Assembly (NCBI GenBank): GCA_021604645.1
Contig: BQJJ01000003.1
Coordinates: 176,551-240,550, forward strand
DNA length: 64,000 nt
From: Methyloligella sp.
Lineage (GTDB): Bacteria > Pseudomonadota > Alphaproteobacteria > Rhizobiales > HXMU1428-3
Reading direction: 5' to 3'
Under the pieces are notes generated by a model, which was given only the letters and a program-made list of their open reading frames with translations, was not told the origin of the DNA and did not search any database. Both the position numbers and the translations under genes were made by a program. The stretch's first letter is position 1; each line of letters opens with the position of its first letter. Positions 1-11,276 of the stretch are shown here, piece by piece.

Positions 1-384
1 CCACTCGGGGATATGCTGACCCGAATTAGAAATGCTCAAATGCGCAACAAAAGCAAAGTTGCAACACCGGCTTCCAAGCTACGTGCACGCGTTTTGGATG
101 TTCTTCAAAAAGAAGGATTTATCCGCGGATACGCGCAAATCGATTATGGCAATGGAAAGTCAGAAATTGAAATTGAACTGAAATATCACAATGGTGATCC
201 TGTTATCCGCAATATTAGCCGGGTATCTACACCAGGTCGCCGTGTTTATTCAGCGGTTAAGAATGTTCCGATGGTTGCTAACGGCCTTGGCGTCGCTATT
301 CTTTCAACTCCTAAGGGTGTTATGTCAGATGCGGATGCTCGTGAAGCAAATGTTGGCGGTGAAATTTTGTGCAACGTATTTTAA
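1..384 (+). CDS. rpsH: 30S ribosomal protein S8 (5'-truncated by window edge)
   Basis: [12 protein letters not shown]...STPGRRVY...GGEILCNVF; frame is open from base 1, so the true start lies before the window. Confidence 0.98.
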   Translation, partial: PLGDMLTRIRNAQMRNKSKVATPASKLRARVLDVLQKEGFIRGYAQIDYGNGKSEIEIELKYHNGDPVIRNISRVSTPGRRVYSAVKNVPMVANGLGVAILSTPKGVMSDADAREANVGGEILCNVF

Positions 385-414
385 TTGCGTTGCTGAAGAA
401 GGAAGGGTAAGCCC

Positions 415-948
415 ATGTCAAGAATCGGGAAGAAACCAATTGCGGTCCCGTCTGGTGTGGAAGTCAAGATTGACGGCCAAACAGTCAAAGCAAAAGGCTC
501 CAAGGGTGAGCTTTCAATTACTTTGGTTGACGATGTTACCGCCCAGATGACTGATGGTAGTGTTGAGGTTTCACCTGTTGGGGAAACCAAACGCGCACGC
601 TCCATGTGGGGTATGTCACGTACATTGATTCAAAACATCCTTGTTGGTGTTTCTGAAGGGTATAAAAAAGAACTCGAAATCAATGGTGTTGGTTATCGGG
701 CCGCGATGAAAGGCAAAAGTCTTTCACTGCAACTTGGTCTTAGCCACGATGTAAATTATGATTTACCAGAGGGCATCAAAATTGAATGTCCATCTAACAC
801 TGAAATTGTTGTTTCTGGTATTGAAAAGCAAGTTGTTGGTCAGGTAGCGGCGGAAATTCGCAGCTATCGTCCGCCAGAGCCTTACAAAGGCAAAGGCATC
901 AAATATAAAGATGAATATATCTTCCGCAAAGAAGGTAAGAAGAAGTAA
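415..948 (+). CDS. rplF: 50S ribosomal protein L6
   Basis: MSRIGKKPI...[13 protein letters not shown]; spc operon position. Confidence 0.98.
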   Translation: MSRIGKKPIAVPSGVEVKIDGQTVKAKGSKGELSITLVDDVTAQMTDGSVEVSPVGETKRARSMWGMSRTLIQNILVGVSEGYKKELEINGVGYRAAMKGKSLSLQLGLSHDVNYDLPEGIKIECPSNTEIVVSGIEKQVVGQVAAEIRSYRPPEPYKGKGIKYKDEYIFRKEGKKK

Positions 949-959
949 GAGATAAGCTC

Positions 960-1322
960 ATGAGCTCTGCAAAATCTACATTTGAACGTCGTAAAGCAAG
1001 AGTGCGCCGCACTTTAGCACGCGTCTCGAACGGGCGGCCTAGACTATCAGTTCATCGCTCTTCGCAACATATCTATGCGCAAATTATTTGCGATAAATCA
1101 GGCAAGACCCTAGTTTCTGCGTCAAGCATTGAAAAGGGACTTCGTGATAAAATTAAAAAAGGCGGCAATATCGAAGCTGCTGAAGAAATTGGAAGCATTA
1201 TTGCTGAGCGCGGCAAAGAAGCTGGTATCGAAGAAGTTGTTTTCGATCGCGGTGGCTACATCTATCATGGTCGAGTTAAGGCCCTGGCGGACGCTGCGCG
1301 TGAAAAAGGCTTGAAGTTTTAA
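960..1322 (+). CDS. rplR: 50S ribosomal protein L18
   Basis: RPRLSVHRS...[21 protein letters not shown]. Confidence 0.98.
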   Translation: MSSAKSTFERRKARVRRTLARVSNGRPRLSVHRSSQHIYAQIICDKSGKTLVSASSIEKGLRDKIKKGGNIEAAEEIGSIIAERGKEAGIEEVVFDRGGYIYHGRVKALADAAREKGLKF

Positions 1323-1390
1323 TATTTAAAAACAAGGCTTCTTTGATTTTTTGAAGCCTTTGGTTTTTGTTTTTTGAGAGGACTTAACAC

Positions 1391-1951
1391 GTGGCACGTA
1401 ACCCAAAAGACCGGGAAGAAAAAGACAGTGAGTTTGTTGACAAACTCGTTCACATCAATCGCGTCGCTAAAGTTGTAAAAGGCGGTCGTCGTTTTGGTTT
1501 TGCAGCACTTGTTGTTGTTGGAGACCAGAAGGGCCGCGTTGGGTTTGGTCACGGTAAAGCTCGTGAAGTACCTGAAGCGATCCGTAAAGCGACTGAACAA
1601 GCTAAGCGTCAACTGATTAAAGTTCCGCTACGTGAAGGCAGAACTTTGCATCATGATGTTAAAGGTCGCCACGGTGCTGGTAAAGTTTTACTTCGTGCAG
1701 CGCCTCCTGGTACTGGTATCATTGCTGGTGGTCCGATGCGTGCGGTTTTTGAAACTCTTGGTGTGCAAGACGTTGTTGCTAAATCTCAAGGTAGCTCAAA
1801 CCCATACAACATGGTTCGGGCAACATTTGATGCTTTGAAAGCTGAAGACAGCCCTCGCGGTGTTGCAGCACGGCGCGGCAAAAAGGTGAGTGATATTGTT
1901 GCTCGTCGCCGTGATGGTGCTGGTGATAATCAATTGCAAGCTGACGTTTAA
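1391..1951 (+). CDS. rpsE: 30S ribosomal protein S5 (GTG start)
   Basis: [24 protein letters not shown]...GTGIIAGG. Confidence 0.98.
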   Translation: MARNPKDREEKDSEFVDKLVHINRVAKVVKGGRRFGFAALVVVGDQKGRVGFGHGKAREVPEAIRKATEQAKRQLIKVPLREGRTLHHDVKGRHGAGKVLLRAAPPGTGIIAGGPMRAVFETLGVQDVVAKSQGSSNPYNMVRATFDALKAEDSPRGVAARRGKKVSDIVARRRDGAGDNQLQADV

Positions 1952-1969
1952 TTTAGGAATTTTGTTGAG

Positions 1970-2161
1970 ATGGCTAAATCTGGAAAAACAATTACGGTTG
2001 AGCAAACAGGCAGCCGTATTCGCCAAAATGAAAAACAGCGTGCTACTTTGACTGGTCTTGGCCTTACGAAGATGCATCAAAAACGCACTTTAGAAGATAC
2101 ACCTTCAGTACGTGGTATGATCGATAGTGTGGCTCATTTGGTTACTGTTGTTGAAGACTAA
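1970..2161 (+). CDS. rpmD: 50S ribosomal protein L30
   Basis: [10 protein letters not shown]...[10 protein letters not shown]; lies between rpsE and rplO. Confidence 0.96.
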   Translation: MAKSGKTITVEQTGSRIRQNEKQRATLTGLGLTKMHQKRTLEDTPSVRGMIDSVAHLVTVVED

Positions 2162-2225
2162 GCCTGCTTGCAGGCCTTTATCAGTTGGCTTTCCTTAGTG
2201 AAAGTCAGCGGTATTAATTTTGAAC

Positions 2226-2339
2226 GCGCCGGTTGCTTGTAGGCAACCTGAAGACGCAACTAAAACGCGCCGGATGCTCCAAAGGCATTTGAAGGCGCAT
2301 TAATCAGCGCCGGTTGCTTGTGAGCAACCTGAAGGCGCA
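2226..2339 (+). repeat. Three tandem 33-nt hairpin units, GCGCC-GGWTGC-loop-GCAWYY-TGAA-GRCGCA
   Basis: Units at 2226-2258, 2267-2299 and 2307-2339; the inner stem covaries (TTGC/GCAA vs ATGC/GCAT). Confidence 0.9.
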
Positions 2340-2371
2340 TTTAAAAAGAGAAAGCATAAAGGGTATCTTTC

Positions 2372-2857
2372 ATGCGCTTAAATGAATTAAGAGATAATCC
2401 AGGAGCCACTAAAGAGCGCAAGCGCGTTGGTCGTGGTATTGGTTCTGGTAAGGGTAAAACCGGTGGGCGTGGTGTAAAGGGACAAAAATCACGTTCTGGT
2501 GTTGCGATTAAAGGTTTTGAGGGTGGTCAACAGCCTATTCACCGCCGTCTTCCGAAGCGCGGGTTTAATAACATCTTTGCTAAAAACTTCAATGAAGTGA
2601 ATATTGGTCGTTTGCAAAAAGCGATTGATGAGAAGAAGCTTTCGACAAGTGATACAATTACTGTTGAAGCTCTTGTTGAAGCTGGCATTGTTCGCCGTGT
2701 TTTAGACGGTGTTCGCATTCTTGGTGATGGTGAACTAAAAGCTAAGCTGGTTATTAAAGCGGCTGGTGCGTCTAAATCTGCAATTGCTGCGATTGAAAAA
2801 GCTGGTGGTTCAGTAGAAATTCTTGAAGCTAAGCCAGCTGTAGAAGAAAAAAAATAA
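2372..2857 (+). CDS. rplO: 50S ribosomal protein L15
   Basis: [24 protein letters not shown]...GFEGGQ. Confidence 0.98.
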   Translation: MRLNELRDNPGATKERKRVGRGIGSGKGKTGGRGVKGQKSRSGVAIKGFEGGQQPIHRRLPKRGFNNIFAKNFNEVNIGRLQKAIDEKKLSTSDTITVEALVEAGIVRRVLDGVRILGDGELKAKLVIKAAGASKSAIAAIEKAGGSVEILEAKPAVEEKK

Positions 2858-3039
2858 GTTAGAAGTTGAATAGAATCATTCGTTAATTCGTCTTTGATTT
2901 TTTAGCTAACTGAGTTTTTATGGCTTAAGTCTTTATTGGACTTAGAGGCCTTAAAAATAGGGGCCTTTATAAAAAGTGATAAAGACCCATATTGGTTTAT
3001 TAGAGATACAAGACAAATTGACTTATAGGGATTAAAATA

Positions 3040-4386
3040 ATGGTTTCAGCTGCCGAACAGTTAGCCGCTAATTTAAATTTTTCTGCCATTGGTAAAGCAG
3101 AAGAACTTAAGAAACGAATTTGGTTCACGTTAGGCGCTTTGTTGGTGTATCGCCTTGGAACCTATATTCCTATTCCTGGTATTGATCTTGATCAGTTGCG
3201 TAATGTTTTCCAAGGAAATGGGACAACTGGCGGCACTATTCTTGATCAGTTGAATTTATTCGCTGGTGGTGCGATTTCGCGTATGGCGATTTTTGCGCTG
3301 AACATCATGCCTTATATCTCTGCCTCTATTATTATTCAGCTTCTGACAACGGTTTCGCCACATCTTGAGCAATTAAAGAAAGAAGGCGAGCAAGGCCGCA
3401 AGCAAATTAACCAATATACACGGTATGGTACTGTTATTTTGGCGACTATTCAGGCGTATGGCATTGCTGTTGGCTTAGAAGGGTCTACCAATAATGTTGT
3501 GCTTGATCCAGGATTGTTCTTTAGAGCCTCGACCGTGATTACGTTGGTTGGTGGTACTGTATTCTTGATGTGGCTTGGTGAACAAATCACAGCTCGTGGT
3601 ATTGGTAATGGTATTTCATTGATTATCTTTGCGGGTATTGTTGCTGAATTGCCTGGTGCGCTTGCAAGTGCTTTTGAACTATCTCGCCGTGGTACGCTTT
3701 CTGTTCCTGTTCTTATCCTTCTCTTAGTTGGTATTGTTGCTATTATCGCTGTGATTGTATTTATGGAACGAGCTCAGCGCCGGTTACTGGTTCAATATCC
3801 AAAACGCCAAATGGGTAACCGTATGGCCCAAGGTGATAACTCACACTTGCCGTTGAAGCTAAATACTGCTGGTGTTATTCCACCGATTTTCGCATCTAGC
3901 TTACTTCTTTTGCCAGCGACTTTTGCAGCCTTTGGGACGAGTGGAAGCTCTGAATGGTTCTCAACGATTACAGCGATGCTTGGTCGTGGCCAGCCGCTTT
4001 ACCTTGCGATCTATGTGGCACTTATTATTTTCTTTGCTTTCTTCTACACCGCGATTGTGTTTAACCCGGAAGAAACAGCTGACAATTTGAAAAAATATGG
4101 TGGTTTTGTTCCTGGAATTCGTCCTGGTTCGAAAACAGCAGAATATATCGATTATGTTTTAACTCGAATTACGGTCGTAGGTGCAATTTACTTAGCCCTA
4201 GTTTGTGTGCTACCTGAATATCTTCAGTCTTACACAGCGGTTTCATTTGCACTTGGTGGCACTTCACTTCTCATTGTAGTGAGCGTGACAATGGACACAG
4301 TCTCACAAGTGCAAAGTCATCTTTTGGCGCACCAATATGAGGGGCTGATTAAAAAGTCTAAATTGCGGGGAAGTCGAAGAAAATGA
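3040..4386 (+). CDS. secY: Preprotein translocase subunit SecY
   Basis: About 10 TM segments; [33 protein letters not shown]. Confidence 0.98.
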   Translation: MVSAAEQLAANLNFSAIGKAEELKKRIWFTLGALLVYRLGTYIPIPGIDLDQLRNVFQGNGTTGGTILDQLNLFAGGAISRMAIFALNIMPYISASIIIQLLTTVSPHLEQLKKEGEQGRKQINQYTRYGTVILATIQAYGIAVGLEGSTNNVVLDPGLFFRASTVITLVGGTVFLMWLGEQITARGIGNGISLIIFAGIVAELPGALASAFELSRRGTLSVPVLILLLVGIVAIIAVIVFMERAQRRLLVQYPKRQMGNRMAQGDNSHLPLKLNTAGVIPPIFASSLLLLPATFAAFGTSGSSEWFSTITAMLGRGQPLYLAIYVALIIFFAFFYTAIVFNPEETADNLKKYGGFVPGIRPGSKTAEYIDYVLTRITVVGAIYLALVCVLPEYLQSYTAVSFALGGTSLLIVVSVTMDTVSQVQSHLLAHQYEGLIKKSKLRGSRRK

Positions 4387-5033
4387 ATATAATATTATTA
4401 GGCCCTCCTGGGGCAGGTAAAGGTACTCAAGCTCGTCTTATTGAAAATTCACGTGGTCTTGTTCAATTGTCTACTGGTGATATGCTTCGTGCAGCTGTTG
4501 CAGCTGGTTCTGAAGTTGGACTTAAAGCGAAAGCCGTGATGGAAGCGGGCGGCCTGGTTTCTGATGAGATTGTTATTGGTATTATCTCGGACCGAATTGA
4601 TGAGCCTGATTGTCAAAACGGCTTCATTCTTGATGGCTTTCCACGGACATTACCACAAGCTGCAGCATTAGAAGACCTACTTGCTTCTAAGAATAAGAGC
4701 TTAAATGCTGTTATTGAAATGCGCGTTGATGATGAGAAGCTTGTTGAGCGGATTACTGGCCGCTTTACTTGTGGTGATTGTGGTGAAGGATACCATGATA
4801 CATTCCGCACTCCTAAAGAAGAAGGCAAGTGTGACAATTGCGGCAGCTCAAACTTTAAGCGCCGCGCTGATGACAATGAAGAAACTCTGCGGACTAGATT
4901 GTTATCTTATTACAAAGAGACATCGCCGTTGATTGGTTATTATTTTGCAAAAGATAACTTGGCTTCAATTGATGGCATGGCTGACATGTCTGAAGTGACA
5001 AACCAGATTGAGACTATTTTAGCTAGTGCATAA
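4383..5033 (+). CDS. adk: Adenylate kinase with zinc-type LID
   Basis: [11 protein letters not shown]-loop, LDGFPRT, CGDC...CDNC LID; overlaps the secY stop. Confidence 0.98.
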   Translation: MNIILLGPPGAGKGTQARLIENSRGLVQLSTGDMLRAAVAAGSEVGLKAKAVMEAGGLVSDEIVIGIISDRIDEPDCQNGFILDGFPRTLPQAAALEDLLASKNKSLNAVIEMRVDDEKLVERITGRFTCGDCGEGYHDTFRTPKEEGKCDNCGSSNFKRRADDNEETLRTRLLSYYKETSPLIGYYFAKDNLASIDGMADMSEVTNQIETILASA

Positions 5034-5178
5034 TCTTTTCGAATTGAATGGATTGAATGCTCTAGATTTAAATTTACGCACAATTTTCCGCCCCTTTTTT
5101 ATACTCCGGTCGGATTGTGCTTTAGCTAATCGTTCTTAACGGTTACTTAAGTTTTTTTGCTTGAAAGAGCGTAGGGGC

Positions 5179-5207
5179 TTGACGAAAACGAGTTAAACCC
5201 TTACAAA
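5179..5207 (+). promoter_or_regulatory. Putative sigma70 promoter of the rpsM operon
   Basis: TTGACG-N17-TACAAA in the adk-rpsM gap. Confidence 0.5.
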
Positions 5208-5530
5208 AACTCTTTTTCACGCAAGAATTAGTGATTCTGTCAGAAAGTGCCCTTAAGTGCTTTCTGTTTGCTAGGTTCTACAACGCGGACTTTTGCTGTT
5301 GTGGAGGTTAGAACGCTGGTTTTTAAGCTATTAAAGGCTATTAAATCAGTATCCTTGCCCTTTCTTAAACTTATGAAGGGGGAGGGAACAAATAGAAGGC
5401 TTTTGTTAGGCCGCTTGGTGTCACTGCTTATCTTAAGTGAGTGATCATTTAGCAAAACTGATAAAATGAAGTTTTAAGTGAAACTAAGGGGGACTGAAGT
5501 GATTTCAGGCCTCTATTCAAGGAGAATACT

Positions 5531-5899
5531 GTGGCTCGTATCGCAGGTGTCAATATACCGACTAATAAGCGCGTTGTGATTGCGCTAACATACATTCACG
5601 GAATCGGTGATAAGTTCGCTCGTGAAATTTGTGAAGAAGTTAAAATTCCAATGGAACGTCGCGTGAATGAATTGTCTGACGCGGAAGTTATCCAAATTCG
5701 TGAAACGATTGACCGTGACTATATGGTTGAAGGTGATTTGCGCCGTGAAGTTTCTATGAATATTAAGCGCCTGATGGATCTTGGCAGCTATCGTGGACTG
5801 CGTCATCGTCGTGGTTTACCTGTTCGTGGTCAACGTACGCACACAAACGCCCGTACCCGTAAGGGTCCAGCTAAAGCAATTGCTGGTAAGAAGAAGTAA
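5531..5899 (+). CDS. rpsM: 30S ribosomal protein S13 (GTG start)
   Basis: [10 protein letters not shown]...[14 protein letters not shown]. Confidence 0.98.
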   Translation: MARIAGVNIPTNKRVVIALTYIHGIGDKFAREICEEVKIPMERRVNELSDAEVIQIRETIDRDYMVEGDLRREVSMNIKRLMDLGSYRGLRHRRGLPVRGQRTHTNARTRKGPAKAIAGKKK

Positions 5900-5989
5900 T
5901 TTAAGAATCTCATTATTCGCTGGTTACCTTTTTTAAGCTGGTTAGCTTTTGGTAATATATGCAAGATGATTATTTGAAAGACGAAGTAA

Positions 5990-6379
5990 ATGGCACAAGA
6001 GAGAGCACGTACTCGCAAGCGCGAGAAGAAAAACATCACATCTGGTGTTGCTCATGTTAGCGCAAGTTTTAATAACACGAAAATTACAATTACGGATGCA
6101 CAAGGAAATGCAATTTCCTGGAGTTCTGCTGGAATGATGGGTTTTAAGGGGTCTCGTAAATCGACACCTTATGCTGCTCAATTGGCTGCTGAAGATGCTG
6201 GTAAGAAAGCTCAAGTGCATGGCATGAAAACTCTTGAAGTTGAAGTGACTGGACCAGGTTCGGGCCGCGAATCTGCACTACGTGCGCTTCAATCAATTGG
6301 TTTTCAGGTTACAACAATTCGTGACGTAACTCCAATTCCTCATAATGGTTGTCGCCCTCGTAAGCGTCGCCGCGTATAA
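5990..6379 (+). CDS. rpsK: 30S ribosomal protein S11
   Basis: [11 protein letters not shown]...RKSTPYAAQ...PIPHNGCRP. Confidence 0.98.
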   Translation: MAQERARTRKREKKNITSGVAHVSASFNNTKITITDAQGNAISWSSAGMMGFKGSRKSTPYAAQLAAEDAGKKAQVHGMKTLEVEVTGPGSGRESALRALQSIGFQVTTIRDVTPIPHNGCRPRKRRRV

Positions 6380-6578
6380 TTTAGTGCGGGATTGAACTTT
6401 CACTTTAGTTTTGGCTTTGTTGTCAAGTTTGGTGAAAATAATCTTTTAAGCAGTTGTTAGTAACAGCTGTTTAATTGGTCTTAAGATAACTGAGGGTGTC
6501 CTTGTTTTGAGGATAAAAAGCATTAAACGGTTTAGACTGTTTTGCGAATACCCATTTTGCGAATAAAGGTGACGAAAC

Positions 6579-7595
6579 GTGATCCAGAAAAATTGGCAAG
6601 AACTTATTAAACCAGGTAAGTTAGATATTCAGGGTGGTCGTGACCCTAAACGGCACGCAACTGCAGTTGCTGAGCCGCTAGAGCGCGGTTTTGGTATGAC
6701 ACTTGGCAACGCTATTCGCCGTGTTTTACTTTCTTCATTGCGCGGTGCTGCGATTACTTCTGTTCACATTGATAGTGTGTTGCATGAGTTCTCTTCAATC
6801 ACCGGTGTTCGTGAAGATGTGACGAACATTGTTTTGAACATTAAAGAGATTGCTCTTAAAGCACACTCTGAAGGCACAAAACGTATGGTGCTTCAGAAAA
6901 CTGGCCCTGGTGTTGTTCGTGCTGGCGATATTGAAACTGGTTCTGAAATTGAAGTTTTGAACCCTGAGCATGTTATTTGTAACCTTGACGATGGCGCGTC
7001 TATTCATATGGAATTTACCGCTGACACTGGTAAAGGTTATGTGCCTGCTGATCGTAACCGTCCTGAAGATGCGCCGATTGGTCTTATTCCTGTTGATGCG
7101 CTTTACAGCCCGGTTCGTAAGGTTTCTTATAAAGTTGAGAATACTCGTGAAGGTCAAATTCTCGACTATGATAAATTGATTTTGGACATCCATACGGATG
7201 GTTCTATTGTTCCTGAAGATGCAATTGCACTTGCTGCTCGTATTCTTCAAGATCAGCTTAGCATTTTTGTGAACTTTGAAGAGCCACAAAAAGAAGTTGT
7301 TGAAGAGAAGCAACCTGAACTTGAGTTCAACGCTGCTCTTCTGAAGAAGGTTGATGAGCTTGAGCTTTCTGTTCGCTCTGCAAATTGCCTGAAGAACGAT
7401 AACATTGTTTATATTGGTGATCTTATTCAGAAAACCGAAGCTGAGATGTTACGTACACCGAATTTTGGACGTAAGTCCTTGAACGAAATTAAAGAAGTTT
7501 TAGCTGGTATGGGGCTGCACTTGGGTATGGAAGTACCGAACTGGCCACCTGAGAATATTGAAGAACTCGCTAAACGCTTTGAAGATCATTATTAA
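6579..7595 (+). CDS. rpoA: RNA polymerase alpha subunit (GTG start)
   Basis: [21 protein letters not shown]; [12 protein letters not shown]...NFGRKSL. Confidence 0.98.
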   Translation: MIQKNWQELIKPGKLDIQGGRDPKRHATAVAEPLERGFGMTLGNAIRRVLLSSLRGAAITSVHIDSVLHEFSSITGVREDVTNIVLNIKEIALKAHSEGTKRMVLQKTGPGVVRAGDIETGSEIEVLNPEHVICNLDDGASIHMEFTADTGKGYVPADRNRPEDAPIGLIPVDALYSPVRKVSYKVENTREGQILDYDKLILDIHTDGSIVPEDAIALAARILQDQLSIFVNFEEPQKEVVEEKQPELEFNAALLKKVDELELSVRSANCLKNDNIVYIGDLIQKTEAEMLRTPNFGRKSLNEIKEVLAGMGLHLGMEVPNWPPENIEELAKRFEDHY

Positions 7596-7646
7596 GTTTA
7601 AGTCGCCATTATCATAAAGATATTTGGTTAGGTTAGGAGAACACCC

Positions 7647-8078
7647 ATGCGCCATGGTATGAAGGGGCGGAAGTTAAATAAGACGTCTAGTCATAAGAAA
7701 GCTATGTTTGCCAATATGGCTTCAGCGCTTATTAAGCACGAGCAAATTATTACAACATTGCCAAAAGCTAAAGAGCTAAAGCGTGTTATGGATCGCCTTG
7801 TTACCCTTGGTAAAAGAGGTAATCTTCATTCACGTCGTCTGGCTGCTGCACGTCTTCGTGATGAAGCTATGGCAAAGAAGCTTTTTGATGTATTGGCTGA
7901 GCGTTATAAAGATCGTAATGGTGGTTATACACGCGTTCTTAAAGCTGGCTATCGTTATGGTGATAGTGCACCTGTTGCGGTTATTGAGCTTGTTGATCGT
8001 GATGAAACAGCACGTGGCCAAGATTCTGGCCCAACAGCAGACTTCACAAAAGATGATGAAGCTGAAGTTGCAGCTTAA
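7647..8078 (+). CDS. rplQ: 50S ribosomal protein L17
   Basis: MRHG...ITTLPKAKE...[10 protein letters not shown]. Confidence 0.98.
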   Translation: MRHGMKGRKLNKTSSHKKAMFANMASALIKHEQIITTLPKAKELKRVMDRLVTLGKRGNLHSRRLAAARLRDEAMAKKLFDVLAERYKDRNGGYTRVLKAGYRYGDSAPVAVIELVDRDETARGQDSGPTADFTKDDEAEVAA

Positions 8079-8106
8079 AGCTACACTTTAAAGACTTATA
8101 AATTTT

Positions 8107-8145
8107 AAAAAGCCCGTCCTGAAATTTCAGGATGGGCTTTTTTTT
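8107..8145 (+). terminator. Intrinsic terminator of the alpha operon
   Basis: AGCCCGTCCTGAA-AT-TTCAGGATGGGCT followed by a T-run. Confidence 0.9.
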
Positions 8146-8273
8146 GTCTCACGGCTCTTTTGTTATGCTTCAGATGCCCATTCTTTTTAGTCCACCTTAG
8201 ATTGTCCACATGCAACCGGGGACAACATCCACAGTACTAAAGCGGTGGCTTTCCGAAAGGGCGGCGTATTTTG

Positions 8274-8406
8274 GCGATCAGCTTATCTGTACTTGCATTT
8301 TATTGGCGCTTTAGGGTTCTTAGTATCTAAACCATGCTGCTCCGTGCGGGCTGATTTTTTACGATCAGTTTATTCGTACTCGTTTCGCTCCATTCGGACT
8401 GATCTT
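8274..8406 (-). repeat. Composite GATCAG...CTGATC palindromic element (long copy 8274-8355, short copy 8361-8406)
   Basis: Long copy matches the reverse complement of 16595-16676 at 64/82 ungapped; short copy matches the reverse complement of 16540-16585 at 29/46 with covarying stems. Confidence 0.9.
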
Positions 8407-8641
8407 ATGCACCGGACGCGACTGGCGTCATGTAGGTGCTCCTAAAGGGCAGTATTCCCTTTTTCGTAAGGAATAGAAAAAATGCTGCCCTTTAGGAATT
8501 CATTAAAACGTAAGGCACTCTAGCAGATGCGGAATTCTTCTAATAAATATGACATGGCTGGCGTTTGATACAGGCTGACGATTGCGCTTGCAACAATGAG
8601 AGCGAGTATCAGTACCGCCACTTTTATAGGTATTGAGAGTG

Positions 8642-9979
8642 TCATATAGTTGCTCGTTTTTCTCTCTCGGCGACCGGTGTTTCAGTGATTGGCCAGTTTA
8701 ATAAAGCTGAGAGAAGGCTAAAGCCAATGGCCAAATACCAAACTATATCATAGTTTCCGGTTTTGTCATAAACGTAGCCGCCTAACCAACCGCCTATGAA
8801 TGAGCCAAGTTGGTGCCAGAAGAAGACCACGCCGCCTAACATCGACATATGTTTTACACCCCAGACAGAGGCAACAGTGCCGTTAGTTAACGGTACTGTT
8901 GAGAGCCAGAATAGTCCCATAAGCAAGCCAAATGCGTAGGCGGTATAGGTTGAAATTGGCAATAATATAAAGGCAGCTATAACCAGCCCTCTCAGGAGAT
9001 AAAGCCAGGAAAGTAGCATTGGTTTGCGCTGTCTGCCGCCCCAGAGGCCGGCATAGTAAGTTCCTATGATGTTTATCAATCCGATTAATGCAAGCACGGT
9101 TGTGGCGACAGAGGCATCCAGGTTTCTATCGGATAGATAGAGGGGTAAATGCACACTGATGAAAACGACTTGAAATCCACATGCGAAAAAACCTAAAGAG
9201 AGCAACCAGAAATCGCGCATGGATAGAGCTTCTTTTATGGCTTCATAAGGGCTAATGCTTAACACTTTTGGATCTGTTTTCTTTAGATTGGGTTCTTTTA
9301 ATCCAAAGGCTAAGGGAAACATGATGAGTGCCATTAGTGAAAGGGCAATTAGAGCACCGTGCCAATCTAACCAAGTTAGGAGACCGAGGCTGATGGGCAG
9401 CATGATGAATTGGCCAAAGGAGCCAACAGACATTGCAACGCCCATGGCAAGAGACCTTTGTTCTGGTTTGACCAAGCGGCTGATTGTTCCAAAGATGACG
9501 GGGAATGTTGTGCCAGATAGTCCAACTCCAATGAAGATACCAGCTCCTAATATGAAACAGGTTTGGGCTATTCCATCAAAATTTGCGTTTAGTTGTTCCG
9601 CACTGAAGCCCAGAACCGTGGCTGCTTGAATAACATAGGATGTGACAGTGGTTATGTCAGCCATGACCCAAAGGCCAGCTGCATAGAGAAGCGCTCCTGT
9701 TGTAACTATGATTGGTGAGCCATATTTATCAGATAAAAGCCCTGTAAAGGGCTGTGTAATGCCCCAAATTAGGTTTTGTAGGGCTATGGCAAAAGCAAAG
9801 GTTTCGACTGGCCATTGCATTTCGGCGCTCACAGGTTTTAAAAACAGCCCAAAACCATGGCGAATACCAAGAGAGAATAGAATAATTATAGAACCGCAGA
9901 CGAGCGCAATGAGTGCTGCCCCCCACTTGGATGAGTATTCATTGTTTGGTGTTGATAACTGACTAGGCGAGTTATTCAC
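8642..9979 (-). CDS. MFS transporter
   Basis: About 12 TM segments; MFS motif A-like GLLSDKYG. Confidence 0.9.
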   Translation of the reverse strand: MNNSPSQLSTPNNEYSSKWGAALIALVCGSIIILFSLGIRHGFGLFLKPVSAEMQWPVETFAFAIALQNLIWGITQPFTGLLSDKYGSPIIVTTGALLYAAGLWVMADITTVTSYVIQAATVLGFSAEQLNANFDGIAQTCFILGAGIFIGVGLSGTTFPVIFGTISRLVKPEQRSLAMGVAMSVGSFGQFIMLPISLGLLTWLDWHGALIALSLMALIMFPLAFGLKEPNLKKTDPKVLSISPYEAIKEALSMRDFWLLSLGFFACGFQVVFISVHLPLYLSDRNLDASVATTVLALIGLINIIGTYYAGLWGGRQRKPMLLSWLYLLRGLVIAAFILLPISTYTAYAFGLLMGLFWLSTVPLTNGTVASVWGVKHMSMLGGVVFFWHQLGSFIGGWLGGYVYDKTGNYDIVWYLAIGFSLLSALLNWPITETPVAEREKRATI

Positions 9980-10018
9980 GGTCTTTACCTTTAAAATTCG
10001 TGTTGAAATAAGCCGTAT

Positions 10019-10444
10019 TTATTTAGATTGGTCTTTAGAAAGTTTGTTAAATTCACTGAGTTGGTTGAGGCGTTTTTCCGTTTCTTCATCCAAGATTTCA
10101 CGGATTTGCTTTTGCGTTTCTTCCCAATAGGGAGTTGCGGTATCTATGGCTTTTTCTGCTTTCTTAGTCAGATGAATAACTTTTGACCTTTCATCTTTAC
10201 CGCAGTTTAGAGTGACTAAGCCGTCTCTCTCTAATACTTTTAAATTACGTCCTAGAGTGCTTCTGTCCAGATTAACGATTGCTGCAAATTCACTAATGGT
10301 CGATGGACCTGCATTTTTGAGCCGCCTCAATAGGCGGAACATTGTTATTTTGAGCCCAGAAGGTTCTATGGCTCGATCATACAATTCGGTTAATGCGAGT
10401 GCTGCTTCACGCAAAGATGTGCAAAGACATGGTTTTTGTGTCAT
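10019..10444 (-). CDS. MarR-family transcriptional regulator (probable ATG 10444)
   Basis: CLCTSLR N-terminus; wHTH LDRSTLGRNLKVLERDGLV...DERSK. Confidence 0.9.
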   Translation of the reverse strand: MTQKPCLCTSLREAALALTELYDRAIEPSGLKITMFRLLRRLKNAGPSTISEFAAIVNLDRSTLGRNLKVLERDGLVTLNCGKDERSKVIHLTKKAEKAIDTATPYWEETQKQIREILDEETEKRLNQLSEFNKLSKDQSK

Positions 10445-10450
10445 GATGTA

Positions 10451-10460
10451 GGTATATACC
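10451..10460. promoter_or_regulatory. Putative MarR operator core
   Basis: Perfect palindrome GGTATATACC immediately upstream of the marR start. Confidence 0.5.
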
Positions 10461-10587
10461 CGCAATATAAATTGTCAAGTGCGAATATATATAAAAAACA
10501 AGCCCCTCTAGATGAAGATCAGCGAGAGGGGCTTGAGTTTAATAATGAAATGTAGGAATAGAAGTTTTTCATTTTAAGGAGGGAGTA

Positions 10588-11067
10588 TTACTTTCCTAAA
10601 TCTTTTTGTATCGCATCTAAACCGGCTTGAAAGATGCCAGCAATGATCCCGGCAGCTTCTTCATCTGTTTTGCCTTTTGCATCAAAATGAGTTGACCATG
10701 TCAATTTGGTTTTTTTTCCTTCTGGGGTGATAGAAAAGGTTGCTGCGTAATTGGTAACTGGGAGTGGGCTTTCTAAAATAGTGTAAGAATAGCTCGACTT
10801 TGTTCTGTTAGTGAATTTTTCAAAGACTTTTGCGCCATCACCAAGTGTTAGAGTACGAAATAAGTTATCGCCTTTTTTCATTTCTTGACATTTGGCGACT
10901 GCTGGGTGCCAATTTGCAATGGCGCACCAACTACCAACTTTTTTCCATGTTGTGGCTACATCAGCGCCTAAAATCACTTCTTTTTTTACTTCTACAGCTA
11001 AGGCAGCCGTACTTGTAAGTGCGCAGAATGCGCCAATGAGTGCAGTTTTTGTTATAGTTTTCAACAT
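10588..11067 (-). CDS. Secreted SRPBCC/polyketide-cyclase-fold protein (MxaD-like)
   Basis: Signal peptide (ALA cleavage); WHPAVAKC, SYTILESPLPVTNY. Confidence 0.7.
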   Translation of the reverse strand: MLKTITKTALIGAFCALTSTAALAVEVKKEVILGADVATTWKKVGSWCAIANWHPAVAKCQEMKKGDNLFRTLTLGDGAKVFEKFTNRTKSSYSYTILESPLPVTNYAATFSITPEGKKTKLTWSTHFDAKGKTDEEAAGIIAGIFQAGLDAIQKDLGK

Positions 11068-11276
11068 TTCAACTCTCCCTTAAGTTTGAGTTGTCAGCAT
11101 TAAGGTTTCATTGCTTAATAGCAATGTGCTTTCCATAAGAAATATGTAATGAAATGTAATAAATAATGACATAATTCTGAGAGAATCATAAATTCGTTTT
11201 AATATGTTGATTTAATTGTGAAGTTAGTCGACACATGCTGTTGATATTTGGATTTTGAGATGTTTGGAGAGGTTGG

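Noticed and set aside
2226-2339. CRISPR array
   Set aside because: Spacers are only 7-8 nt, the repeats vary internally, and no cas genes are present
2244-2340. Glycine riboswitch (GAAGGCGCA) or hammerhead (CTGAAGA) resemblance
   Set aside because: No GGAGA or CTCTCAGG elements, no GAAA after stem II, and the context is a ribosomal operon
5240-5455. rpmJ/infA or another small CDS between adk and rpsM
   Set aside because: ORFs on both strands lack SD, recognisable motifs and r-protein character
8580-8600. SAM-II-like TTGCAAGCGC on the minus strand
   Set aside because: The remaining SAM-II consensus is missing and the site is 3' of a gene, not in a leader
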